DNA of 64,000 nucleotides from Macrostomum hystrix (lineage: Eukaryota > Animalia > Platyhelminthes): contig CATNEN010000002.1 in the NCBI GenBank assembly GCA_950097015.1, positions 434,001 through 498,000 of the forward strand. Direction: 5' to 3'. Positions within the stretch are counted from its first letter, which is position 1, and each line of letters begins with the position of its first letter. The notes below the pieces were generated by a model, which saw nothing but the letters and a program-made list of their open reading frames with translations, ran no database searches and had not been told where the DNA came from. This document shows, in pieces, positions 46,076 through 57,817 of the stretch. The translations under genes were made by a program, and so were the position numbers.

Positions 46076-48310
46076 GTATTGAATGCCTGAGAAACCGTTG
46101 AAGTTTGGCAGAATCAATCATCCAATGCAGATGCCTGAACATAAACATAAACCTAAAATAGAAACTAAAACTTAAAACTAAAACTAAACTATTGATTAGA
46201 AAACTGCTAACAATTGGTTGATCCATTCTGCCAAGTCTTTACACTCAAGACTTTTACTAGCTCTAGTTTCTAGCAAAACTTTCTTCCCACTCGTACATTG
46301 AGAATCATAGCGAAATAGATAACAAATTTCTGAGGGCCTTTCGACTATTTTTTGCCGCAGACTTTCTTGCTAGCTCATTAGAAGAGCGACTTTTCATAAC
46401 TTTATAATTTTAGCTGGAACTCTACTCGAGATTGGCGCAGCCGAAAGTACATTGCTTTCATATTCATGTACAATTGTTCCATTATATTATTTATTTAGGT
46501 CGTACACTGCCATTGTCATCTTCCGTGTAGCATTTCATTGCAAACATTTTGTTTCCGTCGTTGCTTTTTTTCTTTGCGGAATTGTGTGTTTTTGTATTGA
46601 TTTTATATAGGCATATATTATCAATTCATAGGCATATACTTCTGGCAGTAGTTTAAGTACAATTATAAAAAATATCTTCGCAAACGCACATTCCTTATGG
46701 TAAAATTCTTGTTTAAACATTAATCTGCCAAATTCTGTTGACATTTCTCGCTGCCCTAGTTATTAGTTTTTTATAAATTAACAAATTGACTGCATCTTTT
46801 ACGCTGTTTAAACTAACTTTCTGTCACTTGGCATCGCTGTGAACTGCTGGTACGTTCAAAATTGAAATCACTTCGTGATGAACGAGAAACTGCAGTGAAA
46901 TTAACAAAATTATTTATCCATAATTGCTGCTTTTTTATTTTATATTTATGTTATATCGATCGATTTTTATGAATTTTGGCTGATAGCTGAGTTGCTGTCC
47001 TTGAGTCAATTATCGGCGACAACAGATTTTTGTTGCACATTTTACAATTCTTTCTGATATCCTTTAAATTAGCAGTATCATTTGGCTCTGTGTTTTTTAT
47101 TTTGCCTTTTAAGTTTGTTTGGCTGTGGTTAAGCGGATGATTAATATTTTCTTTCATAACCGCCTATCTTCTAAGCTGTGCTGTAGCCATCTACGATGAC
47201 AATTTCAAAAAGCCCCTCAAAGCTAAGTTGCTATGTAGAATTTAGATGTTTTTACTTTTCTTTCTCTCTTTCTTTGCAATTTCGTCAGCAGCCAAGCCTC
47301 AGACCCAACTAGGAGGAAGCCGGCCTCTCTCTTTCGTATGCGAACTAATCGCATTGTCATCTTTCTGTGCCTTTCAATGGGCATCTCAAAATTGGTTGGT
47401 ACTAGGAGCTTCAGAGAGTGAAAGCTCTACAGATCTGGTGGAACAATAGGTGGTGAATTTCAAATAAGGTAGTCGTTTTTTACTCTTTGAAGGCTCATTG
47501 GACATTTCGTGTGAAGCCATGCTCTATACAGCGCACTTCTAATCTTCTAATCTATTTTTATTACTAATCTTGTCGTTCCTGTTTTGACTGCCAGCAACCT
47601 TTCGATCGCTCTCATGAAAGCACTGAGCACAATTGGCACTGTTTAGTAACTTGCCTGCGATTTTGTAGAAAAGAGTTACAGACTACTGAGAGACCACGAT
47701 GATATAATATAAATATACGATTACCAATGAAACTTCATTTATTGCGCACATTTTATTAAAACTTTTGAGTCAAGCGCTACTGATAAATAGATGCTGAGTA
47801 GTAAAGTAAAAATATCTTTCTAAATTTATTTTATTAGGTTTTTTAAATCAAACCTGAATTCCGGCCAAAGTTGTTTTACCTCGTATGTGTGCAAAGCATA
47901 AGGCTACACTAATGTGCATAACTTAACTTAGTACGGTTTAGCACACATTCGAGTGTATATCTGTGTAATGCGCAGTACATTAGCAAGAAAATGATGCGCT
48001 CTGTTAGAGCTTTTTCTGCACCCATGAAATTGGAAGCATTTTCAAGATGCACAATAATGGTAGTGAAGCAGTGGCATTAGAGCCTATGTCTTTCTCTGTC
48101 AAAACGAGCGTATTTATAACTTTAAACAAAGCTACCAAATGATCTACCTCAAACTTCGAAGTTCCTAGTAGACAGTTTTCGCTTTCGTTTTCTTTTTAGC
48201 ACCTGAATTTCTCAGTTTTATAACTGATTCGGAATATAGTGAGAATTTAATATTCAGCTTTCTAAAGATATAAATATTAAGGTTGCATATCCGAAAACTA
48301 GGGACCAAAA

Positions 48311-51300
48311 ATGTCCACCGACGAAAGGTCTCTCGTCGATGAATTGTCTGGAGCCATGCATCGAGCGGGATTCAATTCAACAAATGCCAGAGTTCAGTCT
48401 GCGATGAGTGACGTATTCGGTGACTCCTTAAAGTGCATATTGAACATGGAAGAGCTGCATGTGTTCGGCAGCTTCTCGGAAGGATGGGGCAGTTGCTTGA
48501 GTCAGCTGGATGGGAGCATCGAAGAAGGCAGCGATATTGACATCACGGTGATTACTGACGTAAAGCCAACTCACCTTTGTGACGAATCCATGAGCGCTAG
48601 CGACTGCGCGTCCGAGCACACGTGCGCCCGACTAGCGGACGGTCACGTGCAGTTTCGAACTCAAGGTCTGTACAGAAAACTGCAAACTCAATTGCATTGA
48701 TAAAATGAACTAGTATTAACCATGGCACTGTTAACAAGAAAATTAAAACTACATGGCTTTCAGTGACTATGCCGAACTTCAGCATAGACAGCTCTGGAGT
48801 TCACGGCTTGACATGCGCCTTCGACATCATCCTCGCCTTGCCCTGCTGCGGCTATCCTCCAGTCGCCGTTCTCCAGCCAGACTACAGGAACCGCGTCGGT
48901 CAACCTTCCTGCATGCCTGAGCCCATCATGAAGCTGCTCAGAGACCAGGTGTTCGGAGACTCGCCCAAGTGTCACGCGGTCTCGGCGTCGCCTCCAGGTG
49001 AGGAAGGCGGATACCTGCGAGTGAGCACAACCTTCCTTGAGAGAGTTGTCTTGCGCAACCTCAGCACCGTTCAGGGTCAGTTCTTCATTATTGTCAAGTT
49101 CCTCATCAAGAGGGTGATTAGCAAAGAGGTGAGCGGTCTGAAGACGTACATGGCCAAGAACTTGCTGTTCTACATGCTCGACGAGACTGCAGCAGAAGAG
49201 TGGAAACCGGAGAACTTAGTGGAGCTGACTAGGCGGGCGCTTAAAATGCTTTTGAGTATGATCGAGTTATTGAATCCCAAAGAATCAGAGGACGTGCTCG
49301 TGTGCATGAAGCATTTCTTTCTGCGTGATGCCAACGTGTACTTTAAGAAAATCAAGACGGACAAAAATCTATCTAATCCTCCGAAACCGCAGAGGCGAGA
49401 TATTGTGGCCGCTGTTAGAATGACAGTTCAGAATCTTTCCGCTGAACTAAAAAACTTCAAGAGCCAACTCAGTGAATTCGAAGTAACGACGGTGTCTTTC
49501 TACGCCTTCCACGCTTTTCTTCTCGTCTCAGAGATCTTCCTGGCCAGTTTACAGAATACCGATTTTATGAGCATAATCAGCATGCACAAGGCTGTGGTTA
49601 GCGCGTACAAGACGATCGCAGAAAACCGCAGTCACTCTTCGGCAAGCAACTGTTTGCCATTCCTTCTTAACAAAGTGGCAGAGATTCCTGACAAGGTGCA
49701 AGTCACCAGAGAGTGCCTTAGAGCCATGGCTTATCGGAGAGCTGGAGTGCCTGTGACATCTTTGAACGATAAATTCGGATTTGCCATCAGTAGAGAAATC
49801 GATTGCAGTGCCATTTCGGGAGAAATCTCTCATGAAGACGCAAAGGCAAAAGTGCTGAAAGTACTCGAGGAAACCGATCCGTTCCGGATCCAGCTGCATG
49901 ACGGAAAAATAGTCAGCTGCAACATGAAGAAAGAGTGCGAAGGATTAGCTTCCTGCATGGCCTCTATTAGACGAGGCGAGGTGATTCGAAGCGAGCAACT
50001 CCTACAGTCTGTGATGCTGGTTTCTCCGCTTGTTCCGCTGCTGTTTAGCTATAATGTAAGTTTTATTTGTGTCTTCATATATGAACTGGTAGTCCCTTTA
50101 CTGCAACCAATTTTTATGTCCATTTCCTTTTGTCCATACCATAGACCCTTCTATACTTAAAGACATAAAAAGTCGGTTCCTTTGGGAAGGAGACATCTTG
50201 TTATACAAAGCGTGGCTTAGGATGAACTATTGTGCAAGGGTTTTATGTTACGCCTGCAGTCGCCGTCTGCTTTCGTCAGCAGCGTGATAATCGCAATGGC
50301 CGAATTCATGCTCACAACTTGTCAAAGCGGCAGAGTGATAAAATAAGCGTAGCAGTTTAGCGTAGAGCAATTTTAGACGGTTGTCAACAGAGGTAAGAAT
50401 GAATGGAGCTAATGTCACGCGCCGGCACCGAAAAATACGGTCAAAGCCTTCACTAATTGTCCGACGGCTGGCTGGGTACAGCTATTCTTAGTACAAAAGA
50501 CTTAACAAGCTGTGTGGGGCTGCGTTCCAACCAGAGATGAAGAAATATCTGCATTTTCAGCGCCTACAGAAGCAGGACTTTTAATAATATATCATATATA
50601 GGCTCGAAGGTTTATCTAAACACAATTAAGTATAGAATAATACCCCCCTGATTTCGTTTCTTTGGCCTAGGAACGGCTGAGGACGCGTCTCTTGGCCGAG
50701 GCGAAGCCGAGGCCCAGAAGCGCAGTCCGGAGCCGTTCCTAGGACTTTTTAACCATAGACTGCAAATTGAGCAGCCACTATTTTATATGAAATTCGATTT
50801 GGTTTGGCGCCCATTATATGGTTTAATGGGCCCCGTTTTTGGGACCATTATATGGCACACTGGTTCAAGACTTCGCATTTCCAACGATAGACGATAGATT
50901 CGTGGCTCAGAATGCGCCCATTAAACGTCCATTAACGACGAAATCGGATTTTATATGACTGGCTTAGGCCAGTTAAATAATAAATACGTAGAATAGGCCG
51001 GGCCAAGCTGGGGATTAACAATAAGTGAGCTCTGCAGCTTAACCAGAGGCTATGATTCTATGTCATCTTGAGCATTCATTGGGTGGCGCATTGAATGCAA
51101 GCTATAAGATCACCGGTTTATATTTTCAGTTTTTTGGAATTTCAATATGCAGCTTGATTCCTTATAAATCGAGTTCTCTATGGTCTTAAGTTGTAAGTTT
51201 ACCCCTCAGCCGGTAACTGGAGGAGGTTCCTCATGCAGGAAATGTGGATTCGACGAAAATCCTCATAGTGGGAGTAAAATAAGAACAAAAAACCAATGTC

Positions 51301-51812
51301 TTAATAGTGATTAATGGAGATTCTGAGACACCCCGACAAGAATAGTTGAACATCTCGACGATGACGTTGTTTCATGATCCTAAAAGTTGTTTCATCGGAT
51401 AATGCGAAAAAATCTAGCCCGTCTTCTGGATTTTCATGATGATTGGTTGAATATTTTAGGAGATAGAGAAAAAAGAAAAATGTGGCTATTTGATTATAAC
51501 CCCATAGTCTGTCGATCCTTAAACTACGCTCGTAAAAAAAACTTAACTTTTTAGAGGGTCGAGGAGCCTCGCGCCAGACAGGCTCTGACCCGTCTCACTC
51601 GGCAATTCCGAGCGTTGCTGGCAGGCAGTGAGCAGAATAGCACCGGCGATACCTTTGCCGGTTCCATTGAATCCGCTGATCATCTGGAACTGATTGGCAT
51701 GCTAGTTGAAGAAGAAATTGATGCTGACGATAATGAAACAGCTGATGCCATTTCGAAGACTGATGAGACACAGACGACACCTTCTGGGCTGACCGAAGAT
51801 GATATTGATTGA
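48311..51812 (+). CDS. Mab-21 / cGAS-like receptor (cGLR) nucleotidyltransferase paralog 1; exons 48311-48665, 48764-50055, 51555-51812
   Basis: GSFSEG...SDIDITV (first two catalytic acids), AFDIILAL (third Asp), YLRVSTTFLERVVL, LKTYMAKNLLFYML...W, CMKHFFLRDANVY (Mab-21 C-lobe). Junctions G|gtctgt..tttcag|TG and AAT|gtaagt..ttttag|AGG are in frame and at the same positions as in paralog 2. Confidence 0.85.
50666..50743. repeat. 78-nt symmetric hairpin capped by GGCGAAGCC in cGLR1 intron 2
   Basis: cctaggaacggct (50666-50678) / agccgttcctagg (50731-50743) perfect outer stem; inner ggac/gtcc and ggcc/ggcc pairs; centre at 50704. Confidence 0.8.
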
Positions 51813-52004
51813 CAATATGAAACCGAAAGAGCATGCCGTTTAAAATTGATAAAATTTGAGATTCTTCCAACTCATCGCTGTCATTTAGATTTGCAGTTTC
51901 AAGTATTCATGTAAAATGCAGTTTGTTGCACCTTAAATTCCTCAAATTTCTACCCTTTTCTCATGCAAAAATTGACTGATTCGCAAATACGCTAAATTTG
52001 CGAA

Positions 52005-52476
52005 GTCACTCTGTTCCTTGGTCACTCTGTTCCTTGGTCACTCTGTTCCTTGGTCATTCTGTTCCTTGGTCATTCTGTTCCTTGGTCACTCTGTTCCTTG
52101 GTCACTCTGTTCCTTGGTCACTCTGTCCCTTGGTCACTCTGTCCCTTGGTCACTCTGTTCCTTGGTCACTCAGTTCCTTGGTCACTCTGTTCCTTGGTCA
52201 CTCTGTTCCTTGGTCACTCTGTTCCTTGGTCACTCTGTTCCTTGGTCACTCTGTTCCTTGGTCACTCTGTTCCTTGGTCACTCTGTTCCTTGGTCACTCT
52301 GTTCCTTGGTCACTCTGTTCCTTGGTCACTCTGTTCCTTGGTCACTCTGTTCCTTGGTCACTCTGTTCCTTGGTCACTCTGTTCCTTGGTCACTCTGTTC
52401 CTTGGTCACTCTGTTCCTTGGTCACTCTGTTCCTTGGTCACTCTGTTCCTTGGTCACTCTGTTCCTTGGTCACTCT
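52005..52476. repeat. 16-bp minisatellite (gtcactctgttccttg), about 29.5 copies
   Basis: Near-perfect head-to-tail array; a few variants in the first third. Confidence 0.97.
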
Positions 52477-52551
52477 TCCGTTTTCATGTACTCGTAGATA
52501 TACATTATTCATTACCTGTGAGATAAAAACTGACTTAGCTACTTTTAGTAG

Positions 52552-52706
52552 TGTTGTGCAGTTGATTAATGCACGTACATAGTTCGTACATGTACACCTC
52601 TGATATCGATTGGCGCAGAATATATATAGTCCAAATACGGAGAGCCAACTTGGCGTGAAAGTTTCGGATACTAACTTGGCTGACTCGCTACTATTCATTT
52701 ACAACA
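52552..52706 (+). repeat. 5' LTR (155 bp)
   Basis: tgttgtgcag...tttacaaca; terminal inverted tgttgt/acaaca; TATA-like tatatatag near 52621. Confidence 0.97.
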
Positions 52707-52707
52707 T

Positions 52708-52725
52708 TGGCATCGCAAGCTCAAG
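52708..52725 (+). promoter_or_regulatory. Putative primer-binding site
   Basis: tggcatcgcaagctc starts 1 nt after the 5' LTR; TGG complements the tRNA CCA end; priming tRNA not identified. Confidence 0.6.
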
Positions 52726-52837
52726 CGAACACCCACCCCAATAAGCCGGGGTCGGAGTAGACTGAAGTGAAGTGACTGCAAGCCTGCCAAGCCAAGCGTA
52801 AACAACAGCGCCAAACTGCAAAAGTGCAAACTGAAAC

Positions 52838-55800
52838 ATGACGAGTGACAGCAACTCAGCAGAAGCGCCGCGGATCAGCGTATCGCCGCCGGATCAATTC
52901 CTGCCGCAGCCGGGCCGACCGGCGAGGCCGTGGAAAGAGTGGAAGGCCCTCTTTGAGAACTACTTACTTGCGGCCGGCTGCGACACTTTGCCGGAAGCGA
53001 GGAGGCGCGCGCTGTTGCTGCACTGCCTTGGCGTGGAAGGGCAGCGAGTCTTTGCGGCTGTGGCAGCAACGAAGAGGCCGAGTCCGACAGAACTCGCGGC
53101 GACAGTCGCGATTCTGGACGAGCAGTTCGGAGCCAAAGTCAACGTGGTGGCGGAGCGCCACAAGTTTCGGCAGCGCAGTCAGCGTCCGGGTGAAAAGATT
53201 GCGGACTTCGTGGCGGCTCTGTATGCTCTGGCTGGCTCATGTGAGTTCCGCGACATGATGGAAGAAATGATCCGCGACCAGATCGTGGAGAAGGTCAGCG
53301 ACAGGCGAATTCGAGAGCGCTTGCTGATCGAGGACGGCCTGACGCTGCAGAAGGCAGTGACGCTGAGCCAGCAATGAGAGACCAGCATCGCTGAGGCCAG
53401 CGCGATAGAGACGGAAGGCGCAGCCGCGGCCGGAGCACAGCTGGAAGAAGAGGTGAAGAGAGTCCGACTACAACCAGACAGGAAGAACACAGGACAAGGG
53501 CGACCAGATCGAGAGTCATGCTCCAAGTGCGGAGGCGGGCACAACAGACGAGCCCGGTGTCCAGCTGAAGGCAAGAGATGTCATGTCTGCGGGAAGGCGA
53601 ACCATTTCGGCCGGATGTGCAGGTCGCAGGGCGCCAAGGTCGCCGAGGTCATGGACGAGAGCGGCCAAGCCGTGTACATGGTGCGCGGCGCCGCCAGTCC
53701 CGACATCCGCTGCCGGCTGAATGTGCATGGCATCTGGCTGAATCTGCTTGTAGACTCGGGAGCCAAGGTGTCCATCCTGTCAGAGAGGACCTTCAGGAAG
53801 CTCGGAAACCGGTCGCCACTCCAGCCGTCGACCAAGAAACTCATCGCGTACAACGGCAAGGCAATCGATGTCGTCGGCGAGGCGGTGCTGTCCGTCAGCT
53901 ATCGCGGCCAGCTGGTGCCATTTTTCTGCTTTACCGTGGTACGGCAAGGCTCCGACATCATGGGAACGGATCTGATGCAGCACCTCAGCTTCCAGGTGGT
54001 GGACAAGGACGGCGACCTCGTGCGCACAGTCGAAAAAACGGCAGAGCTACCGGTCTGGCTGGCCGAGCGCTTCAAGCCACTGACGCAGGGACTCGGGCGG
54101 ATCCGAGGATTCGAGCACCGGCCCAGGCTGAACCCCGCCGTGCCCCCGGTGGCGCAATCGCTTCGCCGCATCCCACTTAGCATCAAAGACAAAGTCCAGG
54201 CGGAGATTGACCAGCTGCTGGAGGATGACATCATCGAGGAGATCCAGGCTTCAGAGTGGATTTCGAACCTGGTGATCGTCCCGAAGCCTGATGGCAAAAT
54301 CAGGGTCTGCAATGACCTCAGGTGCCCAAACAAGGCCATAGTTCAGGATAAGCAGCCGCTGCCGACATTCGAGGAGCTGACAACGGAGTTCAAGGGCTCG
54401 ACCGTGTTCACTAAGCTGGATTTAAATTCTTCGTATCTGCAGTTGGAGCTAGCAGAAGATAGGCGGGACTTAACGGCCTTCATTACGGAGAAAGGGCTGT
54501 ACCGGTACAAGCGCGCATGCTATGGCCTAAACAGCGCCCCGGCGGCCTTCCAGAAAGTTCTCAGCAAGATTCTCCATGGCTGTTCCGGGACGCTGCACTA
54601 CATCGACGACATAGTGGTGCACGCTGCCAACGAGGCGGAGCACCTGCGGCGGCTCACGACAGTGCTGGACAAGCTACTCGCCCATGGCGTCACGCTCAAC
54701 GCCTCAAAGTGCCAGTGGGCTGCAGAGACAGTGCAGTTCCTGGGCTACATCGTCTCCGCGAGAGGACTTCAGCCGATGCAGTCTAACGTTGAAGACATCG
54801 AGGCGGTGCCGGAGCCCCAGAACGCCGAGGCAGTGGCCTCATTTCTGGGAATGGTTAAATTCTATTCCAACTTTCTGCACAACTTGTCCGACATCGCCGA
54901 GCCGCTGCTGCTGCTACTTCGCAAAGAGCAGCCCTGGAACTGGACAACAGATTGCCAAAAGGCTTTTTGGAGGCTCAAGAAGATGGTGGTGTCCCCAACA
55001 TGCTTGCGATTCTTCAGTCCCGACGACAAGATCATCGTGGCCTGCGACAGCTCCGCGCACGCTCTGGGGGCCGTGCTGATGCAAGACGACAGCGCCGGGG
55101 TTCGAAGACCAGTTGCTTTCGCGTCAAGGACCCTGTCAGCGACCGAGCGCAAGTACTCCGCATCAGAGAGAGAGGCTCTCGCGTGCATCTTCGCGTGCGA
55201 GAGATGGCACTATTTCCTGTTCGGCCGGAGATTCGAGCTGCACACGGACCACCAGGCTCTGACGACGCTGCTGACGGCTCAAGGCAGCGGCCACCGGCCT
55301 CTGCGGCTTCATCGATGGGCCGACCGCCTGCTCGCGTACGACTTCCAAGTCTGCCACGTTCCTGGCAAGAAGAACATCGTGCCAGATTTTTTGTCGCGCC
55401 ACGGCGCTCTCGGAGCAAAATGTCCAAGGCAAAGCGAAGAGGACTCGACCGAGCTCAAAGTGAATGCCGTACTGCTGTCGGGCGCGCTGGAGATTGTCAG
55501 TCCAAGCGAACTGGCCGAGGCATCCCTGCAGGACCCGGTGATCAATGATGCGGTCACAATGACGCTCCAGGGGTGGCCTAACTCCATCAAGCAGCTGAAG
55601 CCGGAGCTACAGCCGTTCTGGAGGATGCGGACGCAACTGGCGCTCTGGAATGACGGCAAGTGCCTGGCCAACGGCACCCGAGCAGTAATCCCCGCATCCC
55701 TGAGGGAGAAGACGCTGCAGCTGGCGCATTTCGGGCACCTCGGCGTGAGCAAAATGAAGCAGCATTGCCGGGACGCAGTCTGGTGGCCGCAAGTCGATCA

Positions 55801-56836
55801 GCATATCGAGGAATTTGTGCGACATTGCCTGCCTGCCTGCCTGCTTAGCGAGAAGAACTTTAAGCCACCCAAGACGGTCCTGACGCCTACGAAGTGGCCG
55901 ACGCGTCCATGGGAGGAACTCCAGCTCGACATCTTCGGGGAGCTGCACTCTGCACCGAACTCCTGTCGCTTCATCCTGGTGCTGTACGATTTGCATTCAA
56001 AGTGGCCGGAGGCTGCCTGCATGTCGACTGTCACAAGCGCGGATGTCATCGACGCCCTGACAACGTGGTTTAGCCGCTGGGGCCTGCCGAAGAGCATTAA
56101 AACAGACGGAGGTCCGCAGTTCGTGTCCGGCGATTTCGAGGATTTTCTTCAGCGCTGCGGCATCCGGCACCGGCAGTCACCGCACTACCACCCCCAGGGC
56201 AACGCGGCCGTAGAGCGCTTCAACCGTTTTCTCAAGGACGGCCTAAAGACGCACCTAGAGGAGGGCTACGACTTCAAGGACGCGGTGAAGACGCTGCTGT
56301 GGTCGTACAGGGCCACCCCACATGCACTGACTGGAGTGTCACCGGCGGAGCTCATGACAGGCCGGAAGATCAGCACCCCGTTGACAGCTCTGCAGCCAAG
56401 GACAACAGCGCGGCACAGACTGGCGGCCAGCATCAAGCGGAGGCAGCAGCGCGTTTTCGATCAGCTCAACACGACCCGGAGGCCGCCGCCCACGTTCATA
56501 GTCGGCGACTGGGTGCGCGTGAAGCGGCCGTTCGCCCGCGGCAAGCTGAGCAGCCGCCTGTCCGAGCCACGGCAGATCTCCCGGATTGCGAGCGCGACCA
56601 CCGTCATCCTCAGCGATGGCTCCCGCTGGCACGTCGACAACTGCGTCCGGGTACCGCGGCCAGCCGGAGCGCTGCCGCACTGGCCAGCGCCGGCTCCCAG
56701 CGCAGCCGGGACAGCCGCGGAGGCGGCGACGACGGCAGACCCAGCGAGACAGCAGCAGCCAGCCCAGACAGCGATCCGAGTGAGCTCAAGGCCGCGAGCG
56801 CCGCCGCAATGGTACGGTGAAATCGTGACTCACTGA
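52838..56836 (+). CDS. gag-pol polyprotein in one frame, interrupted by a single TGA (53375-53377)
   Basis: Gag (WKEWKALFENY..LLLHCLG), knuckles CSKCGGGHNRRARC and CHVCGKANHFGRMC, protease LLVDSGA, RT YIDDIVV, RNase H ACDSS..SEREAL..TDHQAL, integrase HFGH..C..C and D..D..E (LDIF, KTDGG, AVERFN). ORFs 52838 and 53453 share a frame. Confidence 0.92.
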
Positions 56837-57004
56837 CTCGTTTATTAAGGACGGTTATTCAGCTGTTATTAGCGATCAGCTGTTTCGATTTAATTCTCTT
56901 TGAAGTACCTGTTGCATAAAAAGATCATTTTACTCCTTCGATGCTTGGTAATGCACTTTTATTTCCTGCTCAATATTTGCATAATTATTTTCGTTGCTCT
57001 ATCC

Positions 57005-57022
57005 TTTGAAAGGGAAGGTGAA
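57005..57022 (+). promoter_or_regulatory. Polypurine tract
   Basis: tttgaaagggaaggtgaa immediately before the 3' LTR. Confidence 0.8.
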
Positions 57023-57177
57023 TGTTGTGCAGTTGATTAATGCACGTACATAGTTCGTACATGTACACCTCTGATATCGATTGGCGCAGAATATATATAG
57101 TCCAAATACGGAGAGCCAACTTGGCGTGAAAGTTTCGGATACTAACTTGGCTGACTCGCTACTATTCATTTACAACA
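57023..57177 (+). repeat. 3' LTR (155 bp)
   Basis: No mismatch to the 5' LTR on manual comparison. Confidence 0.97.
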
Positions 57178-57261
57178 AGTAGTTTACAGACATTTTATAT
57201 CGTGTAGCTTAGCTTTACTCGGCTAACTTACCCCTGTGTAGGTTTTATCGGTGTATAATTC

Positions 57262-57557
57262 GTATAGCGGTCTAACGCGTTTGCCTCTGGCACCAAGGTC
57301 CCTGAGCTCGATTTCGCGGCGAGGCCCCATTAATTTGTGGTGCAGAAGGCTTGTCGCGCAATTCACGTCCTTTTGGGCCAACCTCCAAGGCACAGTACAC
57401 TGCATCACAATGATGAAGTCAGGGCAGATGTACACACCTGTGTGCTCAGGAGTCAGCGAAATGGGCAGAATTGCCTCCTCGCTGGCCGCAGGTCTAGTGT
57501 CACCAAATGATGTGCCACTGGCCGTAGCCCTCCTGCAAGTTATTGTCATTATTAGTA
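57262..57557 (+). mobile_element. SINE family A copy
   Basis: gcaccaaggtccctgagctcgatt, ctccaaggcacagt, gaagtcagggcagatgtacacacctgtgtg, gtgtcaccaaatgatgtgccactg shared with 43528-43830. Confidence 0.75.
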
Positions 57558-57817
57558 AGTTAACTGGCTTTCCCCAATCAGAATAGGCTGATTAACTTCC
57601 CTCAGATGAAGAAGATTAGCTTTCCTGTGGATGAGTAGATTGCAGCGTTCTTTCCAAATCGATACTAAGTTTTGCAGGAGTTTTCTTTCAGTAGGAAGTT
57701 TTGGTCCCTGAATTTCCGTCAACAGTCTGTAACTATTGGCAACAAGCGACAAAAAAGTAAAATTTGGCTTTATTTGACAAAATTTCTTTAAATCCCGATG
57801 TTTTAGCCGCTGAACAG

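Larger units (their letters stand above)
52552..57177 (+). mobile_element. Full-length Ty3/Gypsy LTR retrotransposon (Mag-like), very recent insertion
   Basis: Identical 155-bp LTRs, TG...CA ends, 5-bp TSD AGTAG (52547-52551, 57178-57182), PBS-like TGG after the 5' LTR, polypurine tract before the 3' LTR; order gag-PR-RT-RH-IN. Mag assignment rests on two CCHC knuckles and short LTRs (inference). Confidence 0.97.

Noticed and set aside
1561-46226. Numerous minus-strand ORFs overlapping spectraplakin exons and the gag-pol region
   Set aside because: Shadow ORFs of GC-rich coding sequence with no independent motifs or splice structure.
47246-47449. Short ORF or possible exon between the spectraplakin and cGLR1
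   Set aside because: No recognisable motif or SxIP, and no frame-consistent link to either gene; may be UTR.
50139-51190. ccatagac / ctatgg-type ends suggesting a DNA transposon in cGLR1 intron 2
   Set aside because: No convincing TIR pair with a matching TSD could be defined.
51998-52582. ORFs 51998, 52018 and 52050
   Set aside because: Translations of the 16-bp minisatellite.
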